This document shows positions 18,864 through 29,565 of a DNA stretch of 64,000 bases, one piece after another. Positions within the stretch are counted from its first letter, which is position 1. Each line of letters opens with the position of its first letter. The translations under genes and the position numbers were made by a program. This DNA comes from Candidatus Uhrbacteria bacterium (GTDB lineage Bacteria > Patescibacteriota > Patescibacteriia > UBA9934), in the NCBI GenBank assembly GCA_943350635.1, contig CALRAI010000001.1, positions 4,051 to 68,050 of the forward strand, given 5' to 3'. The notes below the pieces were generated by a model that did not search any database, was not told the origin of the DNA, and saw only the letters and a program-made list of their open reading frames with translations.

Positions 18864-19953
18864 TTTCCGCTTCGGATTTCAACGCTACCGTATACGCAGT
18901 CCAGAATGCAGTCGTGCTGGAGCGCAAGCATATGAAGCAACGCTTCGAAAGATGCTCGCCGCTGGGGAGAGTATTGATGAAGGTCAGAAAAAGTTAGTGA
19001 AGTTTCAAGACTTTGCCGCCGATTGGTTCCGGGTGTATGTGATGAACAATAACAAGTTATCAGTACAGCTAACACAACGAGGCATACTCGATATCCATCT
19101 ACTCCCACACTTCGGTAAGTACGGACTCCCGGAGATCACATCACAGGTGGTTGAACGTTATAAGGCAAAGAAGACCAACGAAGGACTTGCGCCAAAGTCG
19201 ATTAACAATCAACTTGGAGTACTCCGACGATGCTTGCAGATTGCTATGGAATGGGGCTCGCTTGATAAGCTCCCTATGATCAAGATGCTCAAAACTCCAC
19301 CACCTGTCGTTATATTCCTCAACGAGGCTGAATGTAAGGCTCTCTTAGCGGATCATATGGAACCAATGGCGAATCTGATGATTCTGACTGCGTTGCGCAC
19401 TGGGATGCGTTTGGGTGAGCTGTGTGGCCTATCGTGGGAGGATATCGACTTCAAGAGCGGGATTCTTACCGTAAGGCATTCGTTCGTTCGGGGTGAAATG
19501 AACTCCCCCAAAAGTAATAAGATCCGACATATTCCGATAACAGCCGATTTAACCGAAGCTTTGAAGAAGAGCGCAAAACCCTGTGGCCTTGTCTTCCACA
19601 TCGATAAGAAGCCGATCACGGGCTATGCAGGCTCGGAAATACTCGGTCGTGCATGTATTCGTACGGGTATAAAACACATCGGTTGGCACAAACTCCGTCA
19701 TACCTTCGCTTCACAGCTTGTGGCGCGTGGAGCGAACCTGAGGGCTGTTCAAGAGCTCCTTGGGCACTCAACGATTCAAATGACGGAACGATACGTGCAT
19801 CTCGCTCCTTCGTCGCTCCGACAGGCGATGTCAGTATTGGAAGAAACACCAAAGGGAGAAAGTTTGGGCAACCCGTGGGCAACGGCACTTATTCAACAAG
19901 TACGTTATGAAGCGTTACCAAAGCTCAAAATGACCATGAATGTTGGGAAATAA
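18826..19953 (+). CDS. int: Tyrosine recombinase/integrase
   Basis: TGMRLGEL, HKLRHTFAS and LLGHSTIQMTERY catalytic motifs; GGAGG RBS. Confidence 0.95.
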   Translation: MSARKIRQSWWVDFRFGFQRYRIRSPECSRAGAQAYEATLRKMLAAGESIDEGQKKLVKFQDFAADWFRVYVMNNNKLSVQLTQRGILDIHLLPHFGKYGLPEITSQVVERYKAKKTNEGLAPKSINNQLGVLRRCLQIAMEWGSLDKLPMIKMLKTPPPVVIFLNEAECKALLADHMEPMANLMILTALRTGMRLGELCGLSWEDIDFKSGILTVRHSFVRGEMNSPKSNKIRHIPITADLTEALKKSAKPCGLVFHIDKKPITGYAGSEILGRACIRTGIKHIGWHKLRHTFASQLVARGANLRAVQELLGHSTIQMTERYVHLAPSSLRQAMSVLEETPKGESLGNPWATALIQQVRYEALPKLKMTMNVGK

Positions 19954-19986
19954 AAAGATTCCGATGCCATTAACATCAGAATCTTT

Positions 19987-20061
19987 TGGTGCGCCGAGCG
20001 GGGATCGAACCCGCGACCACGAGCTTAAAAGGCTCTTGCTCTACCACTGAGCTACCAGCGC
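19987..20061 (-). tRNA. tRNA-Lys(TTT)
   Basis: Cloverleaf; loop CTTTTAA; GTTCGATCC; encoded CCA. Confidence 0.95.
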
Positions 20062-20086
20062 ATGGGAGAGCTTCCTCGTTTTGTCT

Positions 20087-20196
20087 ATTTTCGGCTTGCC
20101 ACGTCGTTCGCGAACGACGTGGCTTGCTGCGTCGCACATTCGTTCAACGTACTAAGAAGTACGTCTCACGAATTGTGCTCCTGGCGCACCGAAACT
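20087..20196. repeat. Hairpin repeat family C, copy 2
   Basis: Same core as 4128-4208 plus an extra internal palindrome. Confidence 0.7.
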
Positions 20197-20299
20197 AGCC
20201 TAAAACGCGAAAGCTCTCATATAAATCTCGAACAAATAACGTGCGCAGGATATCAGATTCGGGGGAATCTGTGAAGGTTTGATGGGGTATACTTCTGGA

Positions 20300-22900
20300 A
20301 TGTCTCCTCTTTTGCCGTTTCACGCTATTGAAAAGCAGGACGCGCTTTTGTCGTTGAAGTCCTCGACGCATGGTCTTACGAGTGGTGAAGCTCGGAAGCG
20401 ACTTACTAGCGCTGACGTTTGGCGTGTGGTTCCACCAAAACCGCAGAGTGTGTTGCGATTGCTATGGAAACAGTGTGAGAGCCCGTTCACGGTGATTTTG
20501 TGTTTTGCTATTGGGGTTTCGTGGTTTACAGGGGAATTGTTGGATGCTGCCATTACAACTGTGATTGTTGTTGCGGATATTGCATTGGGATTCTTTCAGG
20601 AGTTTCACGCAGACCGCGAATTCTTTGCCTTGCAGAATTATCTTCCAAAAAAGGTAACCGTTCGGCGGGACGATACGTCAATAACGATTCCCGTTGATGA
20701 AGTTGTTCCTGGCGACATTGCAATATTTCGTGCAGGGCAAAATATTGTGTGCGATGGGCGCATTTTGGAATCTACCAATTGTTTTGTGAGCGAAGCGGCA
20801 TTATCGGGAGAATCGGTTCCGGTGGAAAAAACTACGGAGATATGCATAGCCACTATTGGTATTTTTGGAAGAACAAATATGGTGTATGCCGGGACGGCTA
20901 TACTTTCCGGGCAGGTAACGGTGCTGGTTACTGCGCTTGGCTTGCAAACAGAATTTGGAAAGATTGGAACGCTCACCACGAGCGTGGTGGATCAGCAAAC
21001 CCCACTTGAGGGAGAGATGAATCGGGTTTCACGTTTTCTTACGTATGTGATCTTAGTTCTTGCGACAGTGGTGTTTATTGCTGCGCTTTTGCGTGGAGAT
21101 TCGATTATTCTTGCGTGTTCTCTGGCTGCGGCGCTTGCGATTGCCGCAATTCCGGAAGGCTTGCCGATGACGTTAACCGTATTGCTTTCTACGGCGATGA
21201 GGAGAATGTTTAAGCGTGGCGTGCTGGTTCGTCATTTGAATGCCACAGAAACGCTTGGCTGTGTGAATGTGCTTTGCGTAGACAAGACGGGAACCATGAC
21301 CACGGGGGTGATGTCTGTGGTGGAAGTCCGAGCTCCGCTAGTGGTGGTTTCCGACGAAGAGCTTCTGCAACATGAGCTTTTTAGAGCGTTGGGGTGTTTT
21401 GCAAGCGTCCATGCCCAAACGGGAGAAGCTGCCTTTGCTGGTGCCGCAACGGCTGATGCGGTAATGCAATATGTTCGTGGAATCGAGCACAAGCATTCAT
21501 TGAAAAACTCATCCTTAGAAAAACAAAAGGGTGATGTTGTCTCTACAATTCCATTCGATCCGACGTATCGGCTGAGTGCGTGTCTGCCTTCTGGAGCAGA
21601 TCGAACAGTGTACGTGATGGGTGCCCCGAACGTGTTACTTGAACGCTGTGCTACGAGCGAAGAAGAACGTGTGTCGATTGCGAATGCCATCGATGAGATG
21701 GCGGCTCGTGGATTGCGAGTGGTGATGATTTCTGCAATGGCTCTTGGCGTTCGTCCACTTTCCGTCGATGCAATTGTGGACGGTAGAGTTCTTGGATTGC
21801 TGGGGATCGAGGATCCGCTTCGTGAAAGCGTTCCTGGTGCAATTCTTCATGCAAGCAAGGCGGGGATTCGTACAATTATGATGACGGGAGACCATCCAGA
21901 AACCGCGCGGCACATTGCCGCGGAAGCATTTGGTTCAACGGCGATATCCGTGATGCTCGGCGCAGATTTCGCGGAACAATCAGCAACGGACCGTCTTCGA
22001 TCGGTAATGTCGGTGAACGTGTTTGCTCGCATGCTTCCAGAACACAAGCTCTTGGTGGTGGCCGCGCTTCATGCAAATAATCTCCGTGTTGCTATGACGG
22101 GCGACGGTGTAAACGACGCTCCGGCATTAAAGGCGGCCGACGTGGGAATTGCCGTTGGTCATGCGACGGAAGTCGCAAAGGAGTCGTCGGACATCGTGCT
22201 CCTTGATGGAGATTTCGGAAGTATTACGGCTGCAATTGCAGAGGGGCGAACCGTGTTTACGAATGCACGAAATGTAACAATCTTTTTGCTAGCGCTTGGT
22301 TTGGGTGAGACGATGGGCGTTCTTGGTGCGTTCTTGTTTCATTTGCCACCGTTCCTGTCTCCACTTCTTATTTTGTGGTTGAATGTGATTACTGACGGAA
22401 TCCCAGGGTTATTCTTTGCCTTTGAGGGAGCAGACAAAGATGCGATGACCGAGGCGCCACGTTCGCAGCATGACGGCTTGGTTTCTCGTGAGGTGCGTAC
22501 GTTCCTTGTTCTGTCTACTTCAATTCTCGCCTTGGTTCTCTGTGGAATGTTGTATATGTATCAGCAACTTGGCGAAGACTCGTCAACGATTCTTACAACG
22601 GGGTATCTTTTTATTGGCTTGCTTGGTGTGCTATTTCTCTTTGTTACCCGATCGCTTCGAGCATCGTTCTTTACGAATATGTTCTCAAAAACCCCACTGT
22701 GGCTTGGAGTTGTTCTCGGGTTTGTCTTCTTGTCGATTCCGCTCTTTGTTCCAATATTCCGATCGTTCTTCGGCCTCGTGCCGTTGTCATTATCGATCGT
22801 AAGAGTTGTGGTAATCGCGATCTGTTGCGTGCTTATTCCCCTTGATTTCGCAAAACGAAAACTGGTTCATCGTACGCCGGTCGTTGATTTGATATCATAG
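20300..22900 (+). CDS. Cation-transporting P-type ATPase (type II)
   Basis: LSGES, IPEGL, DKTGT, TGDH and TGDGVNDAPAL motifs. Confidence 0.95.
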   Translation: MSPLLPFHAIEKQDALLSLKSSTHGLTSGEARKRLTSADVWRVVPPKPQSVLRLLWKQCESPFTVILCFAIGVSWFTGELLDAAITTVIVVADIALGFFQEFHADREFFALQNYLPKKVTVRRDDTSITIPVDEVVPGDIAIFRAGQNIVCDGRILESTNCFVSEAALSGESVPVEKTTEICIATIGIFGRTNMVYAGTAILSGQVTVLVTALGLQTEFGKIGTLTTSVVDQQTPLEGEMNRVSRFLTYVILVLATVVFIAALLRGDSIILACSLAAALAIAAIPEGLPMTLTVLLSTAMRRMFKRGVLVRHLNATETLGCVNVLCVDKTGTMTTGVMSVVEVRAPLVVVSDEELLQHELFRALGCFASVHAQTGEAAFAGAATADAVMQYVRGIEHKHSLKNSSLEKQKGDVVSTIPFDPTYRLSACLPSGADRTVYVMGAPNVLLERCATSEEERVSIANAIDEMAARGLRVVMISAMALGVRPLSVDAIVDGRVLGLLGIEDPLRESVPGAILHASKAGIRTIMMTGDHPETARHIAAEAFGSTAISVMLGADFAEQSATDRLRSVMSVNVFARMLPEHKLLVVAALHANNLRVAMTGDGVNDAPALKAADVGIAVGHATEVAKESSDIVLLDGDFGSITAAIAEGRTVFTNARNVTIFLLALGLGETMGVLGAFLFHLPPFLSPLLILWLNVITDGIPGLFFAFEGADKDAMTEAPRSQHDGLVSREVRTFLVLSTSILALVLCGMLYMYQQLGEDSSTILTTGYLFIGLLGVLFLFVTRSLRASFFTNMFSKTPLWLGVVLGFVFLSIPLFVPIFRSFFGLVPLSLSIVRVVVIAICCVLIPLDFAKRKLVHRTPVVDLIS

Positions 22901-22906
22901 CCCTAT

Positions 22907-24367
22907 ATGGATTTATCAAGCATCCACAATTTTCAAGACGCCGTGGTAACCGTGATGGGATTAGGGCGCTACAAACGGGGGAGCGGCATGGGCGCAACCA
23001 AATGGTTGGTGCGACATGGAGCGCAGACGGTGATTACGGATTTGAAGAATGCGGAAGAACTGCATGAATCCGTCACGATGATTATGGATTGGTATCGACG
23101 ATACCGGGAACTGTACCCAGATCGTACGCTGTATCAGCCAGTATTTGTGCTGGGGGAGCATCGAAAAGATGATTTTATTGGTGTGGAATGTGTGGTGCAG
23201 AATCCTGGCGTGCCGAGTGAATCGGAATACATCGTGGCCGCCAAGGAACAACACGTGCCAATTGAATCCGACGTTAGCCTCTTCTTCCGCTTTTATCAGC
23301 ATCCCATTATTGCGGTGACGGGAACAAAGGGAAAAACCACATCAACGTTATTGCTTGGGGAAATGCTCAAGCGCAAGGACGAGAAAGCGGTAACAGCGGG
23401 AAATATTAAAGTGTCGCCACTCGAACATCTTGATGAGCTCATCGAAGAACCGAATGCAATCCCGGTGGTGCTCGAGCTTTCGTCGTGGATGTTAGAATCG
23501 TTGCCGCAAGCATTTACCGATCTGAAGCGCGGACCAGCGATCGCTATTTTGACGAATGTGTACCCGGATCACCTCGATCGATACCCATCCTTCGAAGCGT
23601 ACACGGCAAGCAAGCGCATTATCTTTGAACATCAATCACCGGATCAATTCACGCTGCTGAATGCAGATCATGATTTGGTGCGCTCGATGGAACCGTTGGT
23701 GAAAGGAAAGCTCTTCTGGTTCTCCAAAACGCCTCGCACAGAAAACGGATGTTATTACAAAGACGGCAACGTGGTGTTCCGTCGCGACGGTGTGGAAACG
23801 GTTATTCTTCCAGTTGCCGACGTTGCGCTGAAAGGCGATCACAACATCGAAAATATTTTGTCGGCTGCGTGTGGCGCAATGTTGGCAGATGTTGTGGTGG
23901 GGGACATTGCCGATGTGCTTCGGCATTTTGAGGGAGTAACGGACAGGCAAGAGATGGTACGCGAAGTAGATGAAATTACGTACATCAACGATACTGCCGC
24001 TACTGGGCCGGATGCCGTTACTGCCGCGCTCAAGCGATTTAATACGGAGGGAAAGAAGGAAATTGTGCTGCTCGCCGGTGGTGTGAATAAAAAGCTTGCA
24101 TACACAGCATTGGGGGAGGACATTGTAACGGCGTGTAAGGCGGTGTTCTTGTTCCCGGGGGACGCATCGGATTTGCTGGCAACGGCAATCCACGATCGTG
24201 TGCCAGTAACACGGGTGCAGAGCATGAAAGAAGCGGTACAGGGTGCTCGTGCAGTCGCGGTTCGCGGGGATACGGTATTGCTTTCTCCTGGCGCGGCAAG
24301 TTTCAACCTCTTCCGCAACGAATTTGAACGCGGGGAACAGTTTCGTGAGGAAGTGAGAAATTTGTAA
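22907..24367 (+). CDS. murD: UDP-MurNAc-L-Ala--D-Glu ligase
   Basis: VTGTKGKTTS, LELSSW, DHLDRY, LLSPGAASF. Confidence 0.93.
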   Translation: MDLSSIHNFQDAVVTVMGLGRYKRGSGMGATKWLVRHGAQTVITDLKNAEELHESVTMIMDWYRRYRELYPDRTLYQPVFVLGEHRKDDFIGVECVVQNPGVPSESEYIVAAKEQHVPIESDVSLFFRFYQHPIIAVTGTKGKTTSTLLLGEMLKRKDEKAVTAGNIKVSPLEHLDELIEEPNAIPVVLELSSWMLESLPQAFTDLKRGPAIAILTNVYPDHLDRYPSFEAYTASKRIIFEHQSPDQFTLLNADHDLVRSMEPLVKGKLFWFSKTPRTENGCYYKDGNVVFRRDGVETVILPVADVALKGDHNIENILSAACGAMLADVVVGDIADVLRHFEGVTDRQEMVREVDEITYINDTAATGPDAVTAALKRFNTEGKKEIVLLAGGVNKKLAYTALGEDIVTACKAVFLFPGDASDLLATAIHDRVPVTRVQSMKEAVQGARAVAVRGDTVLLSPGAASFNLFRNEFERGEQFREEVRNL

Positions 24368-24373
24368 TCGCCC

Positions 24374-25702
24374 ATGTCCTTCCTCTCCTCCATAAAATCT
24401 TTGGTGCCATCGTCCGTAATCACGAAGTATCATCACGTGCTTGCTTCAGTTGCAGAAATTGCCTACAGCCATCCGTCGAACGCAATGATCGTGATTGGTA
24501 TTACGGGAACCAATGGCAAGTCGTCGACGGTAAATTTTTTTGCGCAAATACTTACGAACCTTGGGTACGTTGTGGGATACACCTCAACAGCCGGGTTCAA
24601 TATTGCCGGCAAAGAAGTAGTGAACGCCATGAAGATGACGATGCCAGGGCGATTCACATTACAGCGCTTGTTGCGGAGCATGGTGAACGCCGGATGCACG
24701 GTGGCGATTGTGGAAACGTCGTCCCAGGGCCTTATTCAACACCGGCATGTTGGGGTGAATTACGACGCTGCGCTGTTCACGAATCTCACGCCGGAACATA
24801 TCGAAGCACACGGCGGATTTGAAAATTACAAACGTGCGAAGGGAATACTGTTCAAACATTTGACTGCGCGACAAAAGAAAACGATCGACGGGAAGAGGAT
24901 TCCCAAAGTAAATGTGGTGAATTCCGACGACGAACACAGTATGTACTACGGCGCATTCTCGGCAGATCGTCATGTGCGATTTGGTTTTTCTGGAGTCCCA
25001 TCGCCGGATCAGTTGGTTGCATACGTTGAGCGCGCCGATCGTGAAAAAGGCGTAACGCTTTCCGTGAACGGTACAGAAACGTCGTTACAACTTTCAGCAG
25101 ACTTTGAACACAAGAACGTGCTTGCTGCGATTGCTGGCGCGGTGGCAATTGGTATTCCGCTACATGATGTCATGAAGGCGGCATCCACGTTGCATTCGGT
25201 TGCTGGGAGATTCGAGCGTATCGACTGCGGGCAACCATTCACCGTTATTGTCGACTATGCGTATGAACCGTTTGCGCTGCTTGCGCTGTATCGATCGCTT
25301 CCGTCTGCTACGTCCGGTCGCATCATCGGTGTTCATGGATCAGCGGGTGGTGGTCGCGACGTTGCACGGCGCACGGAAATTGGGCGCGTCGCCGCAGAAC
25401 ATGAGGATATTGTTATCGTGACGAATGAGGATCCGTACGAGGAAGATCCGCGAAGCATTATTGATGCAGTAGCCGATGGTGCACGACGCGCAGGAAAAAT
25501 TGATGACGATACGTTGATTATTCGGGACGACCGACGAGAAGCAATTCAGTACGCTATGCACATTGCTCGAGCCGACGACGTTGTATTGATCACTGGAAAA
25601 GGATCGGAGCCGGTGATGGCTGTGGCGGGTGGAAAAATTCCGTGGGACGATCGTGAGGAAGCTCGTGAGGCACTAGCAAAACTTGGGTACACGAACCTAT
25701 GA
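24374..25702 (+). CDS. murE: UDP-MurNAc-tripeptide synthetase
   Basis: ITGTNGKSS, ETSSQG, FTNLTPEH, VDYAY, TNEDP, ITGKG. Confidence 0.9.
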   Translation: MSFLSSIKSLVPSSVITKYHHVLASVAEIAYSHPSNAMIVIGITGTNGKSSTVNFFAQILTNLGYVVGYTSTAGFNIAGKEVVNAMKMTMPGRFTLQRLLRSMVNAGCTVAIVETSSQGLIQHRHVGVNYDAALFTNLTPEHIEAHGGFENYKRAKGILFKHLTARQKKTIDGKRIPKVNVVNSDDEHSMYYGAFSADRHVRFGFSGVPSPDQLVAYVERADREKGVTLSVNGTETSLQLSADFEHKNVLAAIAGAVAIGIPLHDVMKAASTLHSVAGRFERIDCGQPFTVIVDYAYEPFALLALYRSLPSATSGRIIGVHGSAGGGRDVARRTEIGRVAAEHEDIVIVTNEDPYEEDPRSIIDAVADGARRAGKIDDDTLIIRDDRREAIQYAMHIARADDVVLITGKGSEPVMAVAGGKIPWDDREEAREALAKLGYTNL

Positions 25703-26175
25703 CGCGAAAGTTTTTTACGCTCGAGCCCGAGGAGGAGTTTCTTGGTGTGTTGCGCCCAAGCTTGTGGACGTTGCTTCCACGGATTTTTGCCGCGTTGGTA
25801 TTGGTAGCGTTTCCGTTTGCCTTCTGGTCATCGTTGTTAAGCGCGGGACTGATATTTGGGGGATGTATCGCTGCAGCGTCGTTGTTCATTGGCATGCGGA
25901 GTCTTCGCGATACACGGCGATCGTATTTAGAAAATGGTGTGTACATTACGTCTCGTCGCGCCATCGATGTATTTGCGGGCCGCAGTGCATTTCGGGTAAC
26001 AGAAATACTGTGGAGCGACGTTGATCATATTCGTGTAGCACGAAAAGGGATTTCGTCCATGATCGGCTATGGCCATGTGCATATTCGTGGCACAAACGAC
26101 GATGGGTTTTCTTTAGTGGCAGGCCCCTTGTGGAAACCTGATCTCGTCGTTACAGCCTTGCCTAGAGTACAATAG
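25699..26175 (+). CDS. Membrane protein with bacterial PH-like domain
   Basis: Two TM helices, YITSRR, GYGHVHI. Confidence 0.65.
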   Translation: MTRKFFTLEPEEEFLGVLRPSLWTLLPRIFAALVLVAFPFAFWSSLLSAGLIFGGCIAAASLFIGMRSLRDTRRSYLENGVYITSRRAIDVFAGRSAFRVTEILWSDVDHIRVARKGISSMIGYGHVHIRGTNDDGFSLVAGPLWKPDLVVTALPRVQ

Positions 26176-26183
26176 CTGCATCT

Positions 26184-26591
26184 ATGGTGAATGATCGTCC
26201 AAAACGTCGTCACTCAAAGCTTCGTATTGCTGCCGTGATTCACATCGTGCTTTTTTTGCTGATCGGTTTTGGTTTTGGGGAAGAGTATTTGCGGAACAAG
26301 GATATTGAGGATCAAATCGCTCGCATGCAGGCAGAAAACGCAGAGCTTGATGCGGATCGTCTTTCGTCGCTTAAGCTGATCGATACGCTTTCAAGCTCGT
26401 ATTACGTGGAAAGCGAAGCACGACAAAGCGGCATGGGAAAGCCTGGTGAACAGCTGATTATTGTGCAGGAGGGTGTGTTGAATGGATCAACAACAACGAC
26501 GACATCCACGCACAGCGATGTTCCAAATCCATTACGATGGTATCAATACTTTTTTGATCATGATGCGTTTGCTGAGCTTACGAACGTATGA
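26184..26591 (+). CDS. Septum formation initiator (FtsB/DivIC-like)
   Basis: TM helix, coiled coil, YVESEAR..GMGKPGE. Confidence 0.8.
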   Translation: MVNDRPKRRHSKLRIAAVIHIVLFLLIGFGFGEEYLRNKDIEDQIARMQAENAELDADRLSSLKLIDTLSSSYYVESEARQSGMGKPGEQLIIVQEGVLNGSTTTTTSTHSDVPNPLRWYQYFFDHDAFAELTNV

Positions 26592-27481
26592 CCGTGGTGT
26601 GGCACCACGAACACCACGTGCATGAACGACGAGTCGCCCCACACCGCTCGCGAATGCTGTGGTGGATAGCTCTTTCGATATTGGTGTTGTGTGGAATTGG
26701 TGGAGGCAGTTGGTTTTTGTGGAAGGGTTGGCGGTGCGGAACATTACCGGTAATTGTTGAGCGCATGACATACGTGCCTATTGGGTACGAGGATGGCCAT
26801 GCGTTGTGGTTTCCGTCAATCGCGCGATTAGCACATGGCATTGCTGCGGCAGATGGACGCACCATGTTAACGGAGGCCGACTACGCACAGGCAATCGACG
26901 CGACCGTTCGGAGAAATGCATTGGAGGACATTGCGCGTGAAGAACATATTGTAGTATCCGACGCGGATGTGCGGGCAGCGGTGGAATGGTCCGACGACAT
27001 TCGCGCATTCATAACCATGGCCGGATGGAACGACAGCGAATATCTTGCGTACGTTGAACGATCGTTTGTGGTGTCGACTCGGGTAAATGCCGCAGTACTT
27101 GATGATGAGCAATACCAAGAAAAGTCTCACGAACGCATGGCGAATATTCAATCAAAGCTTGCCTTGGGCATTGCGTTTGCGGACGTCGCGCAAGAATATT
27201 CGGAGGATCCTGCCACAGCGCAGTCCAGGGGAAGTTTTGGCTACGTGCTGCCAAGGGATGTGGATCCGGCATTTGCGTCAGTATTTCTTTTGCCATCACA
27301 AACAGCTTCAGAGGTGATTACTACGGCAGATGCATACTGGATTCTTCGCACAGAGGACTCGGTAGTAGATGAAAGTGGCACGCGAGTGCTGCTCCGTGGA
27401 ATTGCGATCAAGAAACAATCACTCGCCGAAGTGCTCGACGCCAAAGCCTCGGCAATTGTGCCAAGGTTGTGGGTGAGATAA
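26588..27481 (+). CDS. Parvulin-type PPIase (PrsA/SurA-like)
   Basis: FADVAQEYSEDP...GSFGY; N-terminal membrane anchor. Confidence 0.8.
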   Translation: MTVVWHHEHHVHERRVAPHRSRMLWWIALSILVLCGIGGGSWFLWKGWRCGTLPVIVERMTYVPIGYEDGHALWFPSIARLAHGIAAADGRTMLTEADYAQAIDATVRRNALEDIAREEHIVVSDADVRAAVEWSDDIRAFITMAGWNDSEYLAYVERSFVVSTRVNAAVLDDEQYQEKSHERMANIQSKLALGIAFADVAQEYSEDPATAQSRGSFGYVLPRDVDPAFASVFLLPSQTASEVITTADAYWILRTEDSVVDESGTRVLLRGIAIKKQSLAEVLDAKASAIVPRLWVR

Positions 27482-27512
27482 CAAAAAGTCCCCGAGAGAA
27501 TCGAGGACGTTT

Positions 27513-27588
27513 TGGAGCCATTTCCGGGAATCGAACCCGGGACCTCTGCTTTACGAAAGCATTGCTCTACCAGCTGAGCTAAAATGGC
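27513..27588 (-). tRNA. tRNA-Thr(CGT)
   Basis: Cloverleaf; loop TTCGTAA; encoded CCA. Confidence 0.95.
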
Positions 27589-27604
27589 GAAAATGGATGT
27601 TTCA

Positions 27605-27679
27605 TGGAGCAGGAAACGGGGATCGAACCCGCGACCTTCTGCTTGGGAAGCAGACGTTCTACCACTGAACTACTCCTGC
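27605..27679 (-). tRNA. tRNA-Gly(CCC)
   Basis: Cloverleaf; loop TTCCCAA; encoded CCA. Confidence 0.95.
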
Positions 27680-27764
27680 CCAGTGGGCGAATGTATACCA
27701 TTCTTGAGGGAACTCGTCTAGATTCTTTTGTGAATGCTTTGAGTGTGAGATTATAGAGATAACT

Positions 27765-28616
27765 ATGAAAAAATCCTTTCGCTCACGCTTCTCAAGCCGA
27801 TACGTCGCGCTGCTTATTCCTTGCCTACTTATTGCGGTAGCCGTGACGTGGCGAGTGTATACATCGGAGGCGAACGTTACGGGACAAGTGGTGCTTTCAA
27901 GCGCCGCGCAACGTCATGTGGAGAACGTACAATGTACTGGAGCCTGCGAGAATATATTGCTGGTGAGCAACCAAGAACCAGGAGTTCGCTATTACGCGGG
28001 TGGCGATTGTCCCACATGTATCGAGGCGAATATTTGGGCAGGGCAAACGCGTGAAGGGGAAATCACCATCAACGGCTACGCGTTCTATGACGGCGTACAA
28101 GTAAACCTTGCACCACAAATTTTTGACGCAGAAGTGCTCGATGGACGACCTCTTGGGTGGGTGTTGCCATTATACCCACCAGGAACAGTATTTCCGTCGG
28201 ACGGACCGGATCCATTTATGGACCCATCATTTACTATTCGCCTGAAGGACACAGGTGATGAAAACGTGATCGACACGTTTGAATTTATTCCAACACCAGA
28301 ATCGTCGGCGGAGAATATTACCATCGTAACAGACCACGCTTCTGGGCGCGTTACAGCATTTGATACGTGCACGCAAACGAATAAGGATACGGATATTTAC
28401 GCGCTGTACCAGGCGCCAAACCTGCATGGTCCGCAAAATTCCGATTCGTACGCTGTGAACATTGAACATCGGGAATCGTTAGCTACCGGAACAATTACCG
28501 GAGGAACAAGCGTATTTCAAAAAGAATTTATCTTTGAAGAGCTTAGCGAACAAAAGCTTCATGTTACTGCAACCATCGGCGACGCAACGTTTACGTTCGA
28601 TCTTGTAAAGGATTAG
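27765..28616 (+). CDS. Secreted/membrane-anchored hypothetical protein
   Basis: Basic N-terminus plus hydrophobic helix; two CxxxC/CxxC pairs. Confidence 0.7.
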   Translation: MKKSFRSRFSSRYVALLIPCLLIAVAVTWRVYTSEANVTGQVVLSSAAQRHVENVQCTGACENILLVSNQEPGVRYYAGGDCPTCIEANIWAGQTREGEITINGYAFYDGVQVNLAPQIFDAEVLDGRPLGWVLPLYPPGTVFPSDGPDPFMDPSFTIRLKDTGDENVIDTFEFIPTPESSAENITIVTDHASGRVTAFDTCTQTNKDTDIYALYQAPNLHGPQNSDSYAVNIEHRESLATGTITGGTSVFQKEFIFEELSEQKLHVTATIGDATFTFDLVKD

Positions 28617-28674
28617 TACTCCGCTCCACTCCTCAACGGGTCCTGTTCTTATTACTCACTCACCGGTGGCTCGG

Positions 28675-28853
28675 GTGAATCAGATGAGTCTCACTGATCG
28701 ACCAGAGCGGAGTGGGGACGAGCGGTGAACATTTTTCAGCGAGGCTTCGTGAATGCACAGCTGCAGTCGAGCTGAAAGCGAGACGTCGCAGCGTAGCGTT
28801 GTGTGACGCAGCAGAAAAATGTTTACCCGAGTCGCCACGAAGCGGCGGGAGGA
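28675..28853. repeat. Dispersed palindromic repeat family A, copy 2 (inverted)
   Basis: Matches the reverse complement of 2891-3066. Confidence 0.8.
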
Positions 28854-28879
28854 GCCCGAGCCATGCTATACTTCACTCT

Positions 28880-29563
28880 ATGATCACGTTCAAAAACGTG
28901 ACAAAAGAATATCCACCAAAAACACACGCGCTCGCGGGTGTAAGTTTTCGTATCAACGCGGGTGAGTTTGTTTCTATTACGGGGCAAAGCGGTTCCGGAA
29001 AATCCACGGTAGCAAAAATGATTTTTGCGGAGGAGCGACCTACGAGTGGTCAAATTCTTATTGGCGACTGGGACATTTCAAAAATTGGTCGTGCGGATAT
29101 TCCAATATTGCGGCGTCAGATTGGTGTAGTGTTTCAGGACTTTAAATTGCTACCGAAAAAAACTGCGTTCGAAAATGTTGCATTTGCGCTGCATGTGGCA
29201 GGTGAATCGGGTAAGCGCATTCGTGAGGTGGTCCCACATGTACTCAAAATTGTCGGGCTTGCTGAAAAGGGACATCGGTATCCCCGTCAGCTTTCCGGAG
29301 GTGAACAGCAGCGTGTTTCTATTGCACGAGCCCTTGTTCATCGTCCCAAAATTATTGTTGCAGACGAGCCAACGGGAAATCTTGACGCCATTACAGCGCG
29401 GGAAATTATGGAGTTGTTTACGCGTATTAACGACTTTGGAACCACGGTGCTTCTTGTTACCCACGATCGGGACATTGTGAACGGCCTGCATAAAAGAGTT
29501 ATTACATTACGCGATGGTAAGGTCTCGTCGGACGCAGAAAAGGGAAAATATCTTCTCACGTAA
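28880..29563 (+). CDS. ftsE: Cell division ATP-binding protein FtsE
   Basis: GQSGSGKST, VFQDFKLL, LSGGEQQR, ADEPTGNLD; followed by ftsX. Confidence 0.95.
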   Translation: MITFKNVTKEYPPKTHALAGVSFRINAGEFVSITGQSGSGKSTVAKMIFAEERPTSGQILIGDWDISKIGRADIPILRRQIGVVFQDFKLLPKKTAFENVAFALHVAGESGKRIREVVPHVLKIVGLAEKGHRYPRQLSGGEQQRVSIARALVHRPKIIVADEPTGNLDAITAREIMELFTRINDFGTTVLLVTHDRDIVNGLHKRVITLRDGKVSSDAEKGKYLLT

Positions 29564-29565
29564 TT

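Larger units (their letters stand above)
9013..20013. mobile_element. Integrative element (island 1) in tRNA-Lys
   Basis: Exact 30-bp direct repeat at 9013-9042 and 19984-20013; tyrosine integrase and xis next to the tRNA; AT-richer interior. Confidence 0.92.
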
